Assembly: GCA_046582565.1 (NCBI GenBank)
Contig: JAYGED010000078.1
Location: forward strand, 1,926-65,925
Length of the DNA: 64,000 nt
Reading direction: 5' to 3'
Source: Alphaproteobacteria bacterium
Lineage (GTDB): Bacteria; Pseudomonadota; Alphaproteobacteria; JAAXGF01
Shown here piece after piece: positions 62,091 through 64,000 of this stretch. How positions within the stretch are numbered: position 1 is the first letter of the stretch; the number at the start of each line of letters is the position of its first letter. A model generated the notes under the pieces. That model ran no database searches. It saw nothing but the letters and a program-made list of their open reading frames with translations, and was not told where the DNA came from. Both the position numbers and the translations under genes were made by a program.

Positions 62091-62864
62091 CTATTTGGAC
62101 TCGATCTGGCGGGCAATTTGCTTGGTGATTTCTTGCGCGGCGCCGCCATCCCGCTTGGAGAAATCCGCCAACGCCCGCCTGCCCCCCGCGGCAAACACCG
62201 CGACCGCGCCAAGCAAAGAGCGGAGCTGTTCGGCGCTGCCCATGTCGAAGCGGCAATAGGCGCCGTTGCTTAAACGCGCGATCTCCTGGAAGGCCTGGGC
62301 GGCGACAGGATCTCCGCCTTCATGAAAAACGAACACCGGTACGCCAAGCAGGCCGAGCTCACCGGCCTGATGGCACAGGGAATCGACGTCCTCCTCCATG
62401 CAGTCGCCAACGAACACCAGGGCGTTGACCTTTTGCCGCTTGGTCTCCTTGAGTGCGTGGCTGAGCACCCGTCCGATCTGCGTATGGCCGCCGATGCAGT
62501 AGACCTGCGCCATGCGCCGCAACAGGGCCTTCGAATCGGACAGCCAGGGGGAATTTTTGCATTCGCGGAAGCCGCGGTAGAAAACCAGCTGCACATTGAG
62601 GCCGCCGAGTGTATCGGTCTCCTCGAACATTTTACCCTGAATATGGCAGGCATTGTCCCACGACGGCGCCCGGCTAGCGGTGGCGTCCATGGCGAAGATC
62701 AGCCGACCGCGCGCCCCCGTGGTCCGGGCTACGGGGGTCAGGGCGACGCGTTCGAGAAACGCATCCACCTCGGCATTGCCTTTCGGTTGAGGCAGGTTCT
62801 TGTCGTCTTTGCCTTCGGCCATGAATGATCTTACACCGCTTGGTGACCTTAAGAAATCACCCAA
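62091..62864 (-). CDS. von Willebrand factor type A (VWA) domain protein.
   Basis: MIDAS-like DATASR motif. About 250 aa. Start uncertain (an alternative ATG lies at 62822). Confidence 0.65.
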   Translation of the reverse strand: MGDFLRSPSGVRSFMAEGKDDKNLPQPKGNAEVDAFLERVALTPVARTTGARGRLIFAMDATASRAPSWDNACHIQGKMFEETDTLGGLNVQLVFYRGFRECKNSPWLSDSKALLRRMAQVYCIGGHTQIGRVLSHALKETKRQKVNALVFVGDCMEEDVDSLCHQAGELGLLGVPVFVFHEGGDPVAAQAFQEIARLSNGAYCRFDMGSAEQLRSLLGAVAVFAAGGRRALADFSKRDGGAAQEITKQIARQIESK

Positions 62865-63480
62865 GTCCGTGAGATTTCATGGCGCGTTGAACCGCCGGGC
62901 GCTGGAACACACGCTCCACACATCGGGCGACATTCGGAACCTCGTCCAGGAAGCTCTCAGAGTCGGGATGCCAGGTCACCAGCATGGCGACATAGAGGTC
63001 GCAGGCGCTGAACTGATCGCCCAGCAAATAGGGCCCGGGATCGAGTGCATCGTCCATATAGCTCCAAACCCTAGAAAGCCGCTCCCTGCCCTTGGCGACA
63101 ATTTCGGGGACATGGCCGTCATCCATGGAATGGCGCTCTGGGTAATAGTTCATCTGATAGGCGACCTGCAGACAATCGGCCATATAGACCAGCCACTGAT
63201 AATAGCGCCCGCGCAGGGCATCCCCCAATGGCGGCGCAAGTCCCGCCTCGGCGTGGCGGTCGGCAAGATACATGACGATGGCCGCCGATTCATGCATGAC
63301 CAAATCGCCATCCACCAGCACGGGAACCCAGCCGTTGGGATTGAGTTTCAGAAAATTTGGATCGCGCGGCTTGTCCTTTGAGATATCAACTTCTATCAGC
63401 CGATAGTCGGCGCCGATCTCTTCGAGCACCATTTGCGGCGCAAAAGCCGCCGAGCCGGACGCGTAATAGAGTTGGTACAT
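62857..63480 (-). CDS. Glutathione S-transferase.
   Basis: 207-aa GST N-terminal and C-terminal domains. Confidence 0.8.
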   Translation of the reverse strand: MYQLYYASGSAAFAPQMVLEEIGADYRLIEVDISKDKPRDPNFLKLNPNGWVPVLVDGDLVMHESAAIVMYLADRHAEAGLAPPLGDALRGRYYQWLVYMADCLQVAYQMNYYPERHSMDDGHVPEIVAKGRERLSRVWSYMDDALDPGPYLLGDQFSACDLYVAMLVTWHPDSESFLDEVPNVARCVERVFQRPAVQRAMKSHGLG

Positions 63481-63481
63481 A

Positions 63482-64000
63482 TCAGAGCCTTTCCAGTCGT
63501 GTAATCAACAGATCAAAGAAGCCATCGTCGTCGATCGCCGTGAGCACGTTGGCATTGGCTGGTTTGCCGGGCGCGGGCGCGCTCGCCACGGTCTGTCCCA
63601 TGCGCTCGGCGTCCATCGTCTCGATGGCCACATGCATGGCCTCACCGACAAACAGATCCGGCGCCAGGAGATAGGCGATGACGCAAGGGTCGTGCAGCGG
63701 CGCGCCGCCCTCTCGCCGCTCAAGATCAAGCGCCAGCATCCGCGCCACGGTGGCCGCCGCCGGCCGCTCAATAGCGGTTATCGCCCGGGTCCGGTCGGGC
63801 GTGGCAAGGGCGCAATGGGTGACGTCGAGGCCGATCATGGTAAGCGGTGCGCCTGCCTCGAAGACCACGGCGGCGGCATGGGGATCGGTAAAGATATTAA
63901 ATTCGGCGAAGGGTGTCACATTGCCGCCCTCCAAGACGCCGCCCATCAGCACGATCTCACGGATACGGGAGATGATGGCGGGCTGCTTGACCATGGCCAG
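63482..64000 (-). CDS. Inosine-uridine-preferring nucleoside hydrolase family protein (C-terminal part; the gene continues beyond the window).
   Basis: C-terminal IU-nucleoside-hydrolase-like sequence. The ORF is open to the window edge. Confidence 0.6.
   Translation of the reverse strand: MAMVKQPAIISRIREIVLMGGVLEGGNVTPFAEFNIFTDPHAAAVVFEAGAPLTMIGLDVTHCALATPDRTRAITAIERPAAATVARMLALDLERREGGAPLHDPCVIAYLLAPDLFVGEAMHVAIETMDAERMGQTVASAPAPGKPANANVLTAIDDDGFFDLLITRLERL

Noticed and set aside
1-64000. Search for tRNA, rRNA, CRISPR arrays, transposases and integrases.
   Set aside because: No T-loop/anticodon-arm-like segments were seen in any intergenic gap. There are no regularly spaced direct repeats, and no ORF resembles a DDE transposase, tyrosine/serine recombinase or Cas protein.

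Overview
High-GC chromosomal segment that looks alphaproteobacterial, probably Rhodospirillales-like; that taxonomic call is a judgement from gene content and synteny. It is dense with core genes: gatC-gatA-gatB, ruvX, the conserved run pyrB-pyrC-plsY-dprA-topA-rnr, sfsA-map-radC, clpS-clpA, ogt, a SPOR-domain D-Ala-D-Ala carboxypeptidase, and a long minus-strand run of VWA/J-domain, galU, ugd, phosphomannomutase, NAD(P)H dehydrogenase and a three-gene glutamate-synthase-like cluster. No rRNA, tRNA, CRISPR, transposase or integrase genes were recognised. The most notable observations are these. (1) A split archaeal/N-methylglutamate-synthase-like oxidoreductase cluster (51626-57004) with unusual domain fusions: GATase-II, then GXGXG+FMN fused, then GltD-like fused to a second divergent FMN-type TIM barrel. 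(2) An MFS transporter gene flanked by two diverged ~100-bp copies of the pyrB leader plus first codons, next to an orphan receiver-domain gene. (3) dprA disrupted by a frameshift plus an in-frame TAA inside otherwise intact synteny. (4) Two intergenic palindromic elements between convergent genes that share a CACAGAG core, one a 30-bp perfect inverted repeat. (5) Two low-GC or AT-flanked small secreted-protein genes that look horizontally acquired. (6) A roughly 70-aa in-frame insertion bracketed by direct repeats in an acyl-CoA dehydrogenase. At least four apparent frameshifts (AEC transporter, dprA, fetB-like permease, Fe-ADH) sit in short G/C runs. These could be sequencing indel errors or genuine gene decay; this must be settled before biological interpretation. 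All product calls rest on motif and family recognition from translated ORFs; no database search was run.
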